Origin: Nitrososphaerota archaeon
GTDB lineage: Archaea > Thermoproteota > Nitrososphaeria_A > Caldarchaeales > Caldarchaeaceae
Assembly: GCA_041641305.1 (NCBI GenBank)
Contig: JBEPYN010000002.1
Location: forward strand, 666,537 to 686,536
Direction: 5' to 3'
Length of the DNA: 20,000 nt
The translations under genes and the position numbers were made by a program. Below are positions 18,468 to 20,000 of the stretch, piece by piece; the first letter of the stretch is position 1, and each line of letters opens with the position of its first letter. The notes beneath the pieces were generated by a model, which had not been told where the DNA came from, did no database searches, and saw nothing but the letters and a program-made list of their open reading frames with translations.

Positions 18468-19309
18468 CTCAGGCTCAGCCTCCCCTCTCTCCTGCCGAGG
18501 TTCTCCATGAAAATCAGAACACGCCAAGCCAACGGTATCAGCACCAGCGTCAAGGCAAGCAGCACATAGATGTGGAGCATGATTTGCTGAACATTTTCGC
18601 CAAGTATGATTGTCCGCCTCAGCCCATCAATCCCGAACGTGAGAGGTATCAGCGATACGAGAAATTGGAGAATGGCTGGGAAGGGCGAGTATCGGCCTAT
18701 AGTGGGGAAGTAGAGTCCTGAGAGGAGGTAGACAGGCTCGCTGAGGATGTCGTTGAGCTGGTATGCTCCCCTGCCGTAGAGCATGTAGAGAGATGACATG
18801 AGCATGCCGAGGCCATACAGGGCTGTAAGCGTGAGGACGAAGATGAGGAAAACTGCCAACGGGTCACCGACATTCACCGGGACGCGGAGAACAAAGGTGG
18901 CGAGGAGAAATATGAGCAGGGCCCTGATGGATGTGTTGATTATTGAGCCGAGGGACATGCCGAGGAGGATTGACATTTTCGAGATGGGTGCGATGATGTA
19001 GAGGTCGAGGTTTCCGCTCTCCTTCTCCCAGTAGAGCTGGCTCGCCATCAGCCAGAGGACGTTATCCCAGAAAGCCATCATAGCCCCGCCCAAGACCGCG
19101 AAGCCAGCCAGCTCCTCGCTCCCCGAAACCCGGTAAAGCGTCGCCGCCGCAAAAACAACCAGCAAAGGTATCACTGACTCTGTCAAAACCCACTCAGGCT
19201 CTCTGAACTGGCTCCTGACACGCACATATGTCCGCGCGTATGCGGCCTTTAGGTTATGCCTCAAATTCTGAAACAAACTCACCACCTCCCACAAGCTTGA
19301 CGTAGACAT
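18458..19309 (-). CDS. ABC-2 type transporter permease
   Basis: SQFREPEWVLTESVIPLLVVFAAATLYR..FWDNVLWLMASQLYWEKESGNLDLYIIAPISKMSILLGMSLGS..; start overlaps end of the ATPase gene, true start may be a little downstream. Confidence 0.85.
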   Translation of the reverse strand: MSTSSLWEVVSLFQNLRHNLKAAYARTYVRVRSQFREPEWVLTESVIPLLVVFAAATLYRVSGSEELAGFAVLGGAMMAFWDNVLWLMASQLYWEKESGNLDLYIIAPISKMSILLGMSLGSIINTSIRALLIFLLATFVLRVPVNVGDPLAVFLIFVLTLTALYGLGMLMSSLYMLYGRGAYQLNDILSEPVYLLSGLYFPTIGRYSPFPAILQFLVSLIPLTFGIDGLRRTIILGENVQQIMLHIYVLLALTLVLIPLAWRVLIFMENLGRREGRLSLRWM

Positions 19310-20000
19310 CTTCGAAGGAGGGCATGGCTTTGATGAGGGAGAGAACCTTGCCGCCGCGTGAGGTTATGTGTTCGACGAGCTCCGCTGCCTCCTCCCAGTC
19401 GTTGACCACCACACGGATACGGTAAATGTTTGTGGCCGGGTCGTGCGTCTTGTAGGCGCCCGTCAGCAGGTCCAACACCTTCTCAGCATCTGTCGGCAGC
19501 CACACCTCCATCACAGCCACCGTCTTTCCCGCAACGAGGCTTCGCAGCTCAGCAGGCGTCCCCTCAGCGACTACGCGGCCCTTGTTGAGCACAGCCACCC
19601 GCGAACACATCTCCTCAACCTCAGCCATGTAGTGGCTGGTGAGGATAACGGTCCGCTCGCTGTCACCACTCACCCAGTCCTTGATAAGCCTCCTAATCCT
19701 CCGGGCTGAAACAGCGTCGAGACCTATGGTCGGCTCGTCTAGAAAAAGCACCAGAGGCTCGTTCACAAGGCCGCGGGCGAGATTCATCCTCTGCCTATAC
19801 CCTGTTGAGAGGTTGCGGAGAAGCTCGTTCTCCACCTCCTTCAACCCAACCTCCTCAATCAACCTGCTGATTCTCTCCCGAGCTGTCTGCTTGTCCAAGC
19901 CGTAGAGCATCGAGTAGAACCAGAGGTTCTCCCGCACCGTTATCAAGCCGTAGCCCGGTGTATCCGCTCCCGAAACCAAGTTGAGCAACGGCCGAATCTT
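19254..20000 (-). CDS. ABC transporter ATP-binding protein, 5'-truncated by window edge
   Basis: Signature LSTGYRQRMNLARGLVNEPLVLFLDEPTIGLD, H-loop VILTSHYMAEVEEMCSRVAVLNKGRVVAEG; frame open to nt 20000 (..KIRPLLNLVSG..), Walker A lies outside the window. Confidence 0.95.
   Translation of the reverse strand, partial: KIRPLLNLVSGADTPGYGLITVRENLWFYSMLYGLDKQTARERISRLIEEVGLKEVENELLRNLSTGYRQRMNLARGLVNEPLVLFLDEPTIGLDAVSARRIRRLIKDWVSGDSERTVILTSHYMAEVEEMCSRVAVLNKGRVVAEGTPAELRSLVAGKTVAVMEVWLPTDAEKVLDLLTGAYKTHDPATNIYRIRVVVNDWEEAAELVEHITSRGGKVLSLIKAMPSFEDVYVKLVGGGEFVSEFEA

Overview
Archaeal window. The layout (TATA-box promoters, tRNA without encoded CCA, BHB-type introns in 16S rRNA) suggests a hyperthermophilic or thermophilic TACK-group organism, possibly near Aigarchaeota/Thaumarchaeota; this lineage guess is inference only. 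The central feature is a 16S rRNA gene (12293-15438, +) broken by three introns. For each intron I could fold a bulge-helix-bulge (BHB) splice motif that restores the canonical archaeal 16S sequence on joining: 13176-13518, 13578-14187 and 14416-15114. Intron 1 carries what looks like a decayed LAGLIDADG reading frame. Intron 2 encodes an unusual 180-183 aa protein with no clear LAGLIDADG motif and a winged-helix-like C-terminus. Intron 3 encodes a two-motif LAGLIDADG endonuclease. The 16S gene is flanked by a long precursor-processing stem and is not followed by tRNA-Ala or 23S. A 5S rRNA and an intron-bearing tRNA-Trp(CCA) lie about 3 kb upstream on the opposite strand. The remaining genes are ordinary: a GT39-like membrane glycosyltransferase, a TPP enzyme, a UPF0182 membrane protein plus a membrane-anchored Hsp20-like protein, an XRE-type regulator, a YbaK-like protein, a Thr-rich surface protein, two MDR dehydrogenases and an ABC-2 exporter. 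I found no convincing defence system, CRISPR array or prophage.
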